Source: Pyrolobus fumarii 1A
GTDB lineage: Archaea; Thermoproteota; Thermoprotei_A; Sulfolobales; Pyrodictiaceae
Length of the DNA: 32,000 nucleotides
Assembly: GCF_000223395.1 (NCBI RefSeq)
Contig: NC_015931.1
Location: forward strand, 810,001-842,000
Reading direction: 5' to 3'
The position numbers were made by a program, and so were the translations under genes. Of this stretch, positions 1-10,376 are shown piece by piece (within the stretch, counting starts at the first letter, position 1; each line of letters begins with the position of its first letter). The notes under the pieces were generated by a model that was given only the letters and a program-made list of their open reading frames with translations, had not been told where the DNA came from and made no database searches.

Positions 1-710
1 GTAGCAGCGCGTCAGTATCAACTGTCTTTGCTGCTGCGCTTCTAGATGCCGTAGAGGGCACCGTGGAGGAAGAACGCGTCGCGGAGCTAGCATTCGAGGC
101 CGAGGTGGTACATCACGGCAAACCTAGCGGTATCGACAACACCGTCGCGTTACACGGAGGCTTCATACTATACCACTCGAGGCTAATCTACGAGCGCATA
201 ACGCCAGGCACAAGATTCACACTGATACTTGCCGATACTGGCGTGGAGAGGAGCACAAGGAAGGCGGTAGAGTTTGTACTATCTAGATACTCTAGGTTAC
301 GGGGAGCTGCTAGCCTGGTCTACCTGGCCGCATGGAAGCTTGTAGAGGAGGCGGCCAACGCTGTACACGTTGGCGATGCTAGGCGACTCGGAGAGATAAT
401 GGATGTTGCGCATGGCCTGTTGTACGCAATGGGCGTCTCTACCCCCGAGATTGAGCGCCTCGTCTGGGCAGCTAGGCGAGCTGGCGCTTTCGGAGCAAAG
501 TTGACCGGCGCTGGCATGGGTGGCGTTGTGATAGCTCTAGTGGATGAGAGTGTAGCGGAGAAGGTGGCAGAAGCGCTTCAAGACTCCGGTGCTAAGTGGG
601 TTCGAACAGCTAAGCTGGGCGTTGAGGGGCTAACACGAGTAGAGCATGTTAAAACCTGGGAGAGCAAGAGTTTGGATGAGGGGCTAAAGAGTGAACAGCT
701 TCGAGGCTAA
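1..710 (+). CDS. mvk: Mevalonate kinase (GHMP kinase family), C-terminal ~235 aa; the 5' end lies upstream of the window
   Basis: The reading frame is open from nt 3, with no stop before the ORF-track start at 63. GHMP-kinase motifs HGKPSGIDN and KLTGAGMGGVVIALV are present. Stop TAA at 708-710. Confidence 0.85.
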   Translation, partial: SSASVSTVFAAALLDAVEGTVEEERVAELAFEAEVVHHGKPSGIDNTVALHGGFILYHSRLIYERITPGTRFTLILADTGVERSTRKAVEFVLSRYSRLRGAASLVYLAAWKLVEEAANAVHVGDARRLGEIMDVAHGLLYAMGVSTPEIERLVWAARRAGAFGAKLTGAGMGGVVIALVDESVAEKVAEALQDSGAKWVRTAKLGVEGLTRVEHVKTWESKSLDEGLKSEQLRG

Positions 711-720
711 CTACGCAGTT

Positions 721-1146
721 ATGGCGTTGCTGGCGCTTCTGGGGTTCTTCGGGACACTAGCTGCATACTTTATCGCGAGGATAATAACTTGGGGGCCTAG
801 CCATCCTTTCAAGAGAGCACGTTACGAGGCGGGTAACCCTCCCCGCAGAAGAGCACGTGTCTCTACAATACCCCAATACTACGGCTACATTATCATCTTC
901 ATTGTACTTGATCCGCTCTTCGCGCTGCTGTTCCTAACACCGCCAAGCTCTGCTCTAAACCCACTACGCACACTCATGTGGGTAGCACTCGTCTCCGTCA
1001 TACTCATACCGCCGCTACTCTACGCGCTCCACTACGCCGAGAGAATCGAGTATTGGGTTTGGGATAGGCGCGGCATGGAGGCACTTAGAAGAGCCCATGA
1101 GAGGCGTCGCTTAGCCCTCATCGAGCGCTCCAAGAGGCAAAGCTAA
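721..1146 (+). CDS. Small integral membrane protein with a NuoA/ND3-like loop motif (function uncertain)
   Basis: ATG 721 lies 11 nt after the mvk stop; the ORF-track GTG at 691 would overlap mvk. It has an N-terminal hydrophobic helix and two more hydrophobic segments. The segment KRARYEAGNPP...YYGYIIIFIVLDPLFALLFL resembles the YECG...FDVE region of complex-I subunit A, but the Glu is missing. Confidence 0.55.
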   Translation: MALLALLGFFGTLAAYFIARIITWGPSHPFKRARYEAGNPPRRRARVSTIPQYYGYIIIFIVLDPLFALLFLTPPSSALNPLRTLMWVALVSVILIPPLLYALHYAERIEYWVWDRRGMEALRRAHERRRLALIERSKRQS

Positions 1147-1197
1147 TAATGCTTGTCTTTTGACCTTCTTCTTTGGAAGACTCAGCCCTCCTCGGCT

Positions 1198-1284
1198 GCG
1201 GGGGTGCCCGAGCCAGGTCAAGGGGGCGGGCTCAAGACCCGCTGGCGTAGGCCGGCGTGGGTTCAAATCCCACCCCCCGCACCA
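1198..1284 (+). tRNA. tRNA-Leu, anticodon CAA, class II with long variable arm, encoded CCA, no intron
   Basis: Hand-folded cloverleaf. Acceptor GCGGGGG/CCCCCGC. Anticodon stem GCGGG/CCCGC with loop CTCAAGA. Variable arm GGC-GTAG-GCC. T arm GTGGG-TTCAAAT-CCCAC. Discriminator A followed by CCA. Confidence 0.95.
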
Positions 1285-1382
1285 CTCGCTTCTCTCACAC
1301 CACGTATCCTACGCGAGGCAGAGAGCCTCTAATACTCCTCCTGGCGCCAGACCACCCCTCGGGGCTCCTAGCTTTGCCAGTC

Positions 1383-3170
<1,788 letters not shown>

Positions 3171-3178
3171 ACCACAAC

Positions 3179-4543
3179 CTAGCACTTACTGATAGTTTTC
3201 TCTGCATAACTCAACGCCTCTTCTACCAGAGCCCTGTACGCACCCACGAAGCCCTCCGGCCTCAACACTTTCTCCAACTCATCCCTTGTCACCAACCTAG
3301 CCACGACTGGATTACGCAACAGCGCCTCTACCAGCGGCTCACCACGCTCATAAGCTTCTCTCGATACACTCATCACTAGCCTGTGAGCTTCATGCCTGGC
3401 CATACCCTTCGAGACTAGTAGAGCAACCACAGCTTCACTTAGCGCATGTCCACGCGTAAGCTCGAGGTTCCTCTTCATCGCATCCAGATTGAACCTCAAT
3501 CTCTTCTCGAGCAGCTCTATGGTGTCAACAAGCATCTGGTCAATCGTTAGTAGCATATGAGGTATCCATACCCTCTCGGCACTACTATTTGTAAGGTCGC
3601 GCTCGTGCCATAGGGCTATGTTTTCTAGAGCAGGAACCACTAGTCCACGTGTTATACGAGATAGGCCACATATACGCTCTGAGACGACAGGGTTAGCCTT
3701 ATGAGGCATTGCGCTGCTACCAACTCTGCCAAGCGGCGCTTCAACCCACTCGCCTATCTCCGGCCTTGACAGTTCCCTCACTTCAAGCGCAAATCTTTCC
3801 AGCACACCCGCTAGGCTTGCAAGCTGACAAGCTAACTCGGCTAGAGCTTCGCGTGGCGCAACTTGCGTTGTTATTACGTGAGGCTCTAGGCCTAGTTTTT
3901 CGGCTACCTTCTTGCGCAAGGCAAGTGCCTTCTCGACACCCCACAATAGCGTCCAGAAGGCCAGCGTACCGACACTCCCCCCTATCTTGGCTTTCACAAC
4001 ACGCTTCTCTACGTCACACAGAGCCTCGTAACGCCTAGCCAACTCGTACACGTAGTTGGCTAGCTTAAAGCCCAGTGTGACTGGCGAGGCATGCTGCCCA
4101 TGCGTCCGCCCAACAACAGGAACGTCAACATACTCCTTGGCTAACTTTGAAAGTATCTTTATAATGTGCTTGACACGAGCCTTTACAATTCTAACCGCCT
4201 CGCGTATAATGATAGCCCACGCGGTGTCAACTACATCATAACTTGTTAATCCTAGATGTACGTACCTGGCTGCTTCACCACCCGCCTTCTCGCCCAACAG
4301 TTCTGCTAACGCAGCAATATCGTGGCCACGTTTCTTCTCAGCTTCAAGCCACTCTTTGACAGTTATGCTCTCGGCTGCGTCACGTACCTTCGCTGCAATC
4401 CCGCCGGGCGCCAATCCAAGCTCCTCCATAGCCTCGACAACAGCTACCTCCACACGCAGAAGATGCCTCATCCACGATTCTAGAGAGAGCAGGTCACGCA
4501 TCTCCTTGGAGCCATATCTCCACTCGAATACGCACACAGGCAA
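3179..4543 (-). CDS. purB: Adenylosuccinate lyase
   Basis: Fumarate-lyase superfamily signature GSSAMPHKANP. N-terminal WRYGSKEMR is typical of PurB. Length 454 aa. The start is TTG 4543, or GTG 6 nt downstream. Confidence 0.9.
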   Translation of the reverse strand: MPVCVFEWRYGSKEMRDLLSLESWMRHLLRVEVAVVEAMEELGLAPGGIAAKVRDAAESITVKEWLEAEKKRGHDIAALAELLGEKAGGEAARYVHLGLTSYDVVDTAWAIIIREAVRIVKARVKHIIKILSKLAKEYVDVPVVGRTHGQHASPVTLGFKLANYVYELARRYEALCDVEKRVVKAKIGGSVGTLAFWTLLWGVEKALALRKKVAEKLGLEPHVITTQVAPREALAELACQLASLAGVLERFALEVRELSRPEIGEWVEAPLGRVGSSAMPHKANPVVSERICGLSRITRGLVVPALENIALWHERDLTNSSAERVWIPHMLLTIDQMLVDTIELLEKRLRFNLDAMKRNLELTRGHALSEAVVALLVSKGMARHEAHRLVMSVSREAYERGEPLVEALLRNPVVARLVTRDELEKVLRPEGFVGAYRALVEEALSYAEKTISKC

Positions 4544-4719
4544 AGCCTCTTGGCCCGAGATGCCAGGGGTGCCAGGACCAGTATGAGTCCTACACGGGGC
4601 TCGGTGGCGACCCCTACCATCTTCACAGCCAGGTGGGCTCAGCCGCGGCGGGACTGCCGCTCCTCACAACCCCGAAGGCGAATAGTAGTCCAGGTATCCG
4701 CATAAAACTAGGGTTCAAC

Positions 4720-5484
4720 TTGACGCTAACCAGTGACGTGGAGAGAGCCGCACGGCTGATAGCGAAACGTGGCCATGTAGCCGTCCTCACGGGTGCGGGC
4801 ATCAGCGCTGATAGTGGAATACCCACTTTCCGCGGCAAAGACGGCCTATGGAGGAGGTTTAGAGCAGAGGAACTTGCCACGCCAGAAGCCTTCCGGCGCA
4901 ACCCTCGTCTAGTTTGGGAGTGGTATAGGTGGCGCATGGAGATTATAGCACGGGCGCAGCCCAATGAAGGACACTACGCTCTCGTCGAGCTGGAGAAGCT
5001 TGGACTAGTAGATTGCCTCATCACACAGAACGTTGATGGTTTACACCAGAGGGCCGGCTCGAAGAACGTCATAGAGCTACATGGCAACATATGGCGGGCA
5101 AGATGCACCAAATGCAGCTATACTATTGTGTGGGACGAGCCGCCACCCTTAGAGAGTCTGCCACCACGCTGCCCTCGCTGCAACAACTTGCTGCGTCCAG
5201 ACGTGGTATGGTTCGGCGAACCAATACCGGAGGATGCATGGAACAACGCGCTAAAATGCGCGATGTCGGCACGAGTGATGCTCGTGATCGGCACCAGCGG
5301 CGTTGTATATCCCGCAGCCCTACTACCATATATCGCGCGTGAACGAGGAGCAGTTGTCATAGAGATTAATGTAGAGCGAAGTGCCTTGACCGACGATGTT
5401 ACGGATATCTTCCTGAGAGGAAGAGCCTCAGAGGTATTACCACAACTCGTGAGGCACGTTAAAAACATGCTGAGTGCCAACTAG
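4720..5484 (+). CDS. cobB: NAD-dependent protein deacylase, Sir2 family
   Basis: Motifs GAGISADSGIPTFRG, QNVDGLH and HG, plus a zinc module CTKC...CPRC. The start is ambiguous: TTG 4720 or GTG 4738. A TATA-like ATAAAA at 4702-4707 fits GTG 4738 slightly better. The ORF-track start at 4633 is unlikely. Confidence 0.88.
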   Translation: MTLTSDVERAARLIAKRGHVAVLTGAGISADSGIPTFRGKDGLWRRFRAEELATPEAFRRNPRLVWEWYRWRMEIIARAQPNEGHYALVELEKLGLVDCLITQNVDGLHQRAGSKNVIELHGNIWRARCTKCSYTIVWDEPPPLESLPPRCPRCNNLLRPDVVWFGEPIPEDAWNNALKCAMSARVMLVIGTSGVVYPAALLPYIARERGAVVIEINVERSALTDDVTDIFLRGRASEVLPQLVRHVKNMLSAN

Positions 5485-5506
5485 CCTGAACCTAAGGCTC
5501 GTCTAC

Positions 5507-6799
5507 TCAACTGATACTGCCTTTCTCGAGCGCAGCGTTAAGATTACCCTTCTCGAGCTCCTTTATGATCGCGATGTACTCGTCATGGCTCTTTGGAGTC
5601 TTGAATACTATCTCACCCTTCATTATCTTCTCTTTCAACTCCTCCATTATCTTCCAAGCCTCTTGCGGTATCCACTTCTCACGCTGCTCCTTCACAATCT
5701 TCACTACCTCTTCAGGTGTCAAGTCTTTCAGTCTACCAGTCTCGTAGGCTAGCTGTGCGAACCACTTGACGCCTTCCAGATCCCATATGCCGACGCCTCC
5801 CTCTTTGAGACCAAGAGTATGGATTCCACCCTCCCAGTTACCCTCGACTACATTGCGTATAGCCGTGTATACTGCAACATCTACGCGCTTAGCACCACTG
5901 AGTATAATGTGGTATGGGTCGTACCATTCCTGGCTGGCATCCTGGCCTATGGCGAATGCTATTCCATAGCCTTTCTCGTTCCACTCTCTTACAGCGTCAA
6001 ACATGCCGACGTGTGTGAGGCCCGCGAGACCGTAGAGCACCTTAGCACCTTTCTGGAGCAGGTCCCAGGCTGCGCGATAGCCCTTCTGAGTATCGGTGAA
6101 GGTGCCTGTATACGTCCATAGCAACTCAACTTTCTTGCCAGTCTTCAGCTCGTAGTACTTTGCGCCGAATAAGTAGCCTATGTGGAACTTCCAGAGCGGC
6201 GGTATATCCATACCGGCAACCGCGCCGATCTTTATTGGCCCCGTCTCACCCTCCACCTGCATAATCTTGTCCGCAATGCCAGCAGCTAGAACGCCTATCA
6301 ACGCTGCACATTCCTGCTCACGGAATAGTATGTCGATCTCGTTTTCTCTAACCACACCGGTAGTCGCGTCGATAAGCGCATACTTCTGCTGCGGGAACTT
6401 GTCAGCCGTCTTGTTCAACGGGTCGGTCCAGAGGAAGCCCACCAGGATTATCACATCATACTCTCCGGTTTTGCTCAGCCTCTCCAGCAGAGGCTGCATG
6501 TCAGCCTGGCTTCTAGGCGTCGAGTACTTCACCTCTACTCCTAACTCTCTAGCCGCTCTCTCAGCACCAAGCCAAGCCATGTCATTGAAGCTTAGATCAC
6601 CACGTCCACCAACATCGAACAAGACTAGTACTTTGGCCTTTGGTTTCGGTTTTGTTTCTACACCCGTGCTTGGCGTGGTACTTGTTTCGCCGGGTGTGAT
6701 TGGTGAGGGTTTCTCACTAGGCTTTGCAAGAAGTACCGCTGTGGCTAGTGCAGCCGCCACTATCACAATAACAAGTGCGATGAGTAGGTTACGGTTCAC
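5507..6799 (-). CDS. BMP/PnrA-family ABC transporter substrate-binding protein (nucleoside/purine-type), membrane-anchored
   Basis: BMP-family core VLVLFDVGGRGDLSFNDMAWLG. N-terminal TM helix followed by a Thr/Pro-rich linker. GTG start at 6799. Divergent from the cognate ATPase/permease genes. Confidence 0.85.
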   Translation of the reverse strand: MNRNLLIALVIVIVAAALATAVLLAKPSEKPSPITPGETSTTPSTGVETKPKPKAKVLVLFDVGGRGDLSFNDMAWLGAERAARELGVEVKYSTPRSQADMQPLLERLSKTGEYDVIILVGFLWTDPLNKTADKFPQQKYALIDATTGVVRENEIDILFREQECAALIGVLAAGIADKIMQVEGETGPIKIGAVAGMDIPPLWKFHIGYLFGAKYYELKTGKKVELLWTYTGTFTDTQKGYRAAWDLLQKGAKVLYGLAGLTHVGMFDAVREWNEKGYGIAFAIGQDASQEWYDPYHIILSGAKRVDVAVYTAIRNVVEGNWEGGIHTLGLKEGGVGIWDLEGVKWFAQLAYETGRLKDLTPEEVVKIVKEQREKWIPQEAWKIMEELKEKIMKGEIVFKTPKSHDEYIAIIKELEKGNLNAALEKGSIS

Positions 6800-6831
6800 T
6801 ATGCTCCACCCGGGTTAATGCCATGTATCTA

Positions 6832-6841
6832 GATTATAAAA
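6832..6841. promoter_or_regulatory. TATA-like element (GATTATAAAA / TTTTATAATC) in the divergent BMP-transporter intergenic region
   Basis: It is the most AT-rich element I see in 6800-6958. It lies about 38 nt upstream of the GTG start of the minus-strand binding-protein gene. Its use by the plus-strand operon would imply a 70-120 nt leader. Confidence 0.4.
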
Positions 6842-6958
6842 CGGTTGTAGTGTCGGATTCAACGTGGGAAGTCAAGGTCTAAGGCTTCTAAGGTTCGTCT
6901 ACACAACGTTTTGCCCCGGGAGAAAGCCCTGAGAAAGAGCGCCACTTACGCTGTTGAA

Positions 6959-8437
6959 ATGCTAGGCATTGTGAAGGTATACCCGGATGGCACTGTAGCA
7001 CTGAGAGGCGTCGATTTCCGTGCCCGCCCAGGCGAGATTCATGCGCTTCTAGGCGAGAATGGTGCCGGCAAAACAACGCTCATGAGGATATTGTACGGCG
7101 AGATTCGCCCCACGCGTGGAGAGATACGTGTGTTTGGAGAGAAAGTGTCGTTCAGAAGCCCTCGAGATGCGCTTAAACGCGGTATCGCAATGGTGTATCA
7201 GCATTTCTCACTGGTGCCCACTTTCACAGCATTCGAGAACATATACATGGCTGTAGGCAGCATATCGAGGGTATCGCGGAGAGAGTTGAGAATCGAGGTA
7301 GAAGAGCTGATGAGAGAACTTGGTTTGAAAGTACCCCTAGACGAAGTTGTCGAGAAGCTACCCGTCGGCATTCAACAGAGAGTAGAGCTGCTCAAGGCTC
7401 TTGCGCTTAAGGCTAAGATATTGATACTTGACGAGCCTACCTCGGTATTGTCGCCTGCGGAGGCTGAGGGTCTGTTCAGGTTACTTAAGAGGCTCCGGGA
7501 TGAGGGCCACACTGTGATATACATCACACACAAGTTGAGAGAGGTACACGAATTAGCAGACACAGTGACTGTAATGAGGCGCGGCAAGGTAGTAGCCTCA
7601 TCCCTTGATGCGAGAAGTGTTGACGAAGCTACACTGGCGAGACTTATGGTTGGCGAGGAGATAGTCACCCAAGCCTACCCGCTATCTCGTCGTGTTGGCC
7701 CTCCGGTGCTTGTTATACGCGACTTATGGGTTCGTGGCGATCGCGGCGAGTGGCGAGTACGTGGCGTTAGCCTCGAGGTTAGAAGGGGAGAGATACTCGG
7801 CATAGCTGGTGTACAGGGAAGCGGACAGAATGAACTTGCGGAAGCTATAGTTGGCCTACGTAAACCGGAGAAGGGTACGATTCTCCTGGATGGCGTCGAT
7901 ATAACACGACTTAGTGTTGAGGACCGTTACCGCTTGGGTATAGCGTACATCATTGACTCTAGGAGCGTAGGCCTCGTACAGGATATGAGCGTGGTTGATA
8001 ATTCGATACTCACGTGGCTATGGAGGTTTGTCCGCCGCGGGATGATAGACTATAGTGAGGCCGCATCACATGCAAAAAGGATCGTTGAGAAGTATAACGT
8101 TGTCACACCCAGCCTGTGGTCACGGGTGCGCTACTTGAGCGGGGGCAATCAACAGAAGTTGCTTGTAGGCCGCGAGGCGGAAAAGCAACCAAAACTACTC
8201 ATTGCAGCCGAACCTACTCATGGTCTAGATGTGCGTGCCGCTAGGTTTGTACGCGAAACGCTAGTAAAGTTACGCGATGAGGGTATTGCGGTACTCCTAA
8301 TATCCTCTGATCTGGATGAGGTGCTCTCGGTCAGTGACCGGATAGCCGTGATGCATGAGGGTCGTATAATTGCTGTCGAGCCCCGGAACGAGATGAGTAG
8401 AGAGAAGATCGGCTTGCTTATGGGTGGTGCAGCTTGA
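6959..8437 (+). CDS. ABC transporter ATP-binding protein with duplicated ATPase domains (CUT2/RbsA-like, BMP system)
   Basis: Two Walker A motifs (GENGAGKTT and GVQGSGQNE) and the signature LSGGNQQK. ATG 6959 is preferred over the ORF-track TTG 6911. Confidence 0.88.
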   Translation: MLGIVKVYPDGTVALRGVDFRARPGEIHALLGENGAGKTTLMRILYGEIRPTRGEIRVFGEKVSFRSPRDALKRGIAMVYQHFSLVPTFTAFENIYMAVGSISRVSRRELRIEVEELMRELGLKVPLDEVVEKLPVGIQQRVELLKALALKAKILILDEPTSVLSPAEAEGLFRLLKRLRDEGHTVIYITHKLREVHELADTVTVMRRGKVVASSLDARSVDEATLARLMVGEEIVTQAYPLSRRVGPPVLVIRDLWVRGDRGEWRVRGVSLEVRRGEILGIAGVQGSGQNELAEAIVGLRKPEKGTILLDGVDITRLSVEDRYRLGIAYIIDSRSVGLVQDMSVVDNSILTWLWRFVRRGMIDYSEAASHAKRIVEKYNVVTPSLWSRVRYLSGGNQQKLLVGREAEKQPKLLIAAEPTHGLDVRAARFVRETLVKLRDEGIAVLLISSDLDEVLSVSDRIAVMHEGRIIAVEPRNEMSREKIGLLMGGAA

Positions 8438-9510
8438 GAGGCAGAGAACTACTCGAGCCAGTGTTAGAGACTATGTTGGCTCTTGTTGCGGGTATGCTAG
8501 CCGGTTCACTAATCCTGATAATGTTTGGCTATAACCCGCTTGACTACTACGCAGTGGTATTTAGCGAAGGCTACATCGACCTGCTCTATCTCCTTGAGCG
8601 TGCAACGCCTCTCATTGCCACCGCACTCGCCTTCGCGATCCCACTCTATGCAGGGCTCTTCAACATAGGCGGCGAGGGCCAGATGTATCTAGGCGCGCTC
8701 ACAGCACTCGTTGTCAGCATCGCGACACACTCGTGGGTTGCTAGCCTGGCTGCGGGCATCATAGCAGGTCTCTTTGTCGGTGGTTTGATAGGCTTGCTTC
8801 GAGTCTATCGAGGTGTAAACGAGGTTGTATCCTCCATAATGTTCAACTGGATACTATATTGGGCTATGCTGTTCCTCGTAACTGGTTATCTCGCGGATCC
8901 TCATATACCGCACCAGACCATACCTGTACCCAGCGACGCACAACTGAAGCCCATAGGCGACGCACTACCCTCGGTCTTTATCCTCGCCACTCTCTCGACA
9001 ATAGTCGCTTACCTCCTGATATACAAGACTAGCCTGGGGTATCAAATGCGCGTTGTAGGCTATTCTACGCGCACCGCACTCTATGCAGGCATAAAGCCTG
9101 GACGCATTCTCGTACTAGCATTGCTCCTCGGCGGCGCATATGGAGGGTTAGCGGGTGCACTACAAGTCTTGGGTGTGACGCCCAGCATAGACTCTACATT
9201 ATCGGCGCTAGAGGGCCTTGGTTTCGAGGGTATCGGCGTAGCTCTTCTGGCTAGGCTCAACCCACTTGCCATTATACCAGCAGCCATCTTCCTCTCCGGC
9301 TTGATAATAGGCGGTCAATTTGCCGAGGCGAACCTAGGCACACCACCTCAACTAACAGACGCGATAATAGGCGTCATTATTGTTGCACTAGCTCTACCGT
9401 ACGCCTACAGAGTGATTGTGAATAAGCTGCGCGCTACCCGGCTTACACGCGAGGCGCCCCAAGTTGCTAGAGGCGTGGCTAGTCGCGGCACTAGCGATAG
9501 GGGCGCTTAA
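8434..9510 (+). CDS. ABC transporter permease (BMP-system, YufP-like)
   Basis: Polytopic hydrophobic protein. The TTG start overlaps the upstream TGA stop (cTTGA), which suggests translational coupling. GTG/ATG alternatives lie about 30-40 nt downstream. Confidence 0.8.
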   Translation: MRGRELLEPVLETMLALVAGMLAGSLILIMFGYNPLDYYAVVFSEGYIDLLYLLERATPLIATALAFAIPLYAGLFNIGGEGQMYLGALTALVVSIATHSWVASLAAGIIAGLFVGGLIGLLRVYRGVNEVVSSIMFNWILYWAMLFLVTGYLADPHIPHQTIPVPSDAQLKPIGDALPSVFILATLSTIVAYLLIYKTSLGYQMRVVGYSTRTALYAGIKPGRILVLALLLGGAYGGLAGALQVLGVTPSIDSTLSALEGLGFEGIGVALLARLNPLAIIPAAIFLSGLIIGGQFAEANLGTPPQLTDAIIGVIIVALALPYAYRVIVNKLRATRLTREAPQVARGVASRGTSDRGA

Positions 9511-10360
9511 CTTCATGACGCCAGTACTTCTAGCCACCATTGGCGAGATTATAACCGAGAAGTCTGGAGTAGTAAACATCGGGATTGAGGGAGTAATCAA
9601 TCTCACAGCTTTCATAGCTACTGTGGTCGCCTTCTACACGGGAGACCCCTGGGTCGCCCTCACAACAGCTATGATAGCCGGGTTGGGTGCCGGCCTGGCA
9701 CATGGAGTGATAGCCGCCTATCTGAGAGGAGACCAGATCGTCGCCGGTATAGGATTTAACATGATAGCTTATGGTGTCACGGTCCTCGGGCTAGTAGCCC
9801 TATGGGGTCAGTATGGGTCCTCACCATCAATACCAACCCTACCATCCATAAGCATTGGACGAGGCCTACCATTATCCCCACTAGCCATAATAGCAGTAAT
9901 CATTGCAGTATCCACATGGTACTTCTTGACAAAGACCGACACGGGCCTAAGGCTGCAAGCCTGTGGCGAAGAACCACGAGCAGCTGAAGCCATGGGCGTC
10001 AATGTCCTCCTTGTCCGCACCCTCGCAACGGGCCTGGGGGGCCTGCTAGCCGGGCTAGGCGGCGGCTATCTCGCACTGACACTAGGATCGTTCACACGCG
10101 GCATCGCAGCCGGAAGAGGCTTCATAGCACTAGCTAACGTCGCCTTCAGCGGCTGGAACCCACTGATAGCCATACTGGGCGCCTATGTATTCGGGTTCCT
10201 CGAGGCTGTCGCTATTACGTTACAGAGCATCCCAGCACTACAGGAGTACAGCTATCTCGTCAATACACTACCCTACTTGGGCACACTGCTAGTGATAGCA
10301 GGGTTTAGATGGAGGGCTAGAATGCCACGCGCGTTAGCAAAACCGTACATCAAGGAGTAG
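9464..10360 (+). CDS. ABC transporter permease (BMP-system, YufQ-like)
   Basis: Polytopic hydrophobic protein with the N-terminal motif LLATIGEIITEKSGVVNIGIEG typical of this permease family. It overlaps the upstream permease gene by 47 nt if TTG 9464 is used. Confidence 0.8.
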   Translation: MLEAWLVAALAIGALNFMTPVLLATIGEIITEKSGVVNIGIEGVINLTAFIATVVAFYTGDPWVALTTAMIAGLGAGLAHGVIAAYLRGDQIVAGIGFNMIAYGVTVLGLVALWGQYGSSPSIPTLPSISIGRGLPLSPLAIIAVIIAVSTWYFLTKTDTGLRLQACGEEPRAAEAMGVNVLLVRTLATGLGGLLAGLGGGYLALTLGSFTRGIAAGRGFIALANVAFSGWNPLIAILGAYVFGFLEAVAITLQSIPALQEYSYLVNTLPYLGTLLVIAGFRWRARMPRALAKPYIKE

Positions 10361-10376
10361 AGTCGCACACGCAGCC

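Noticed and set aside
4544-4719. ZTP (pfl) or purine riboswitch upstream of purB
   Set aside because: On the minus strand, GGGGTTGTGAGGAGCGGC and CCTGGCA x2 loosely recall the GGGUCGUGACUGGCG and CCGCCUGGGCA elements. But the pseudoknot-forming complementarity and the UGGGC core are not present. There is also no three-way junction of the purine-riboswitch type.
6180-6818. 212-aa ORF antisense to the BMP-family binding-protein gene
   Set aside because: It lies fully inside a gene with clear family motifs on the other strand, and its Ser/Pro/Thr-rich composition is implausible.
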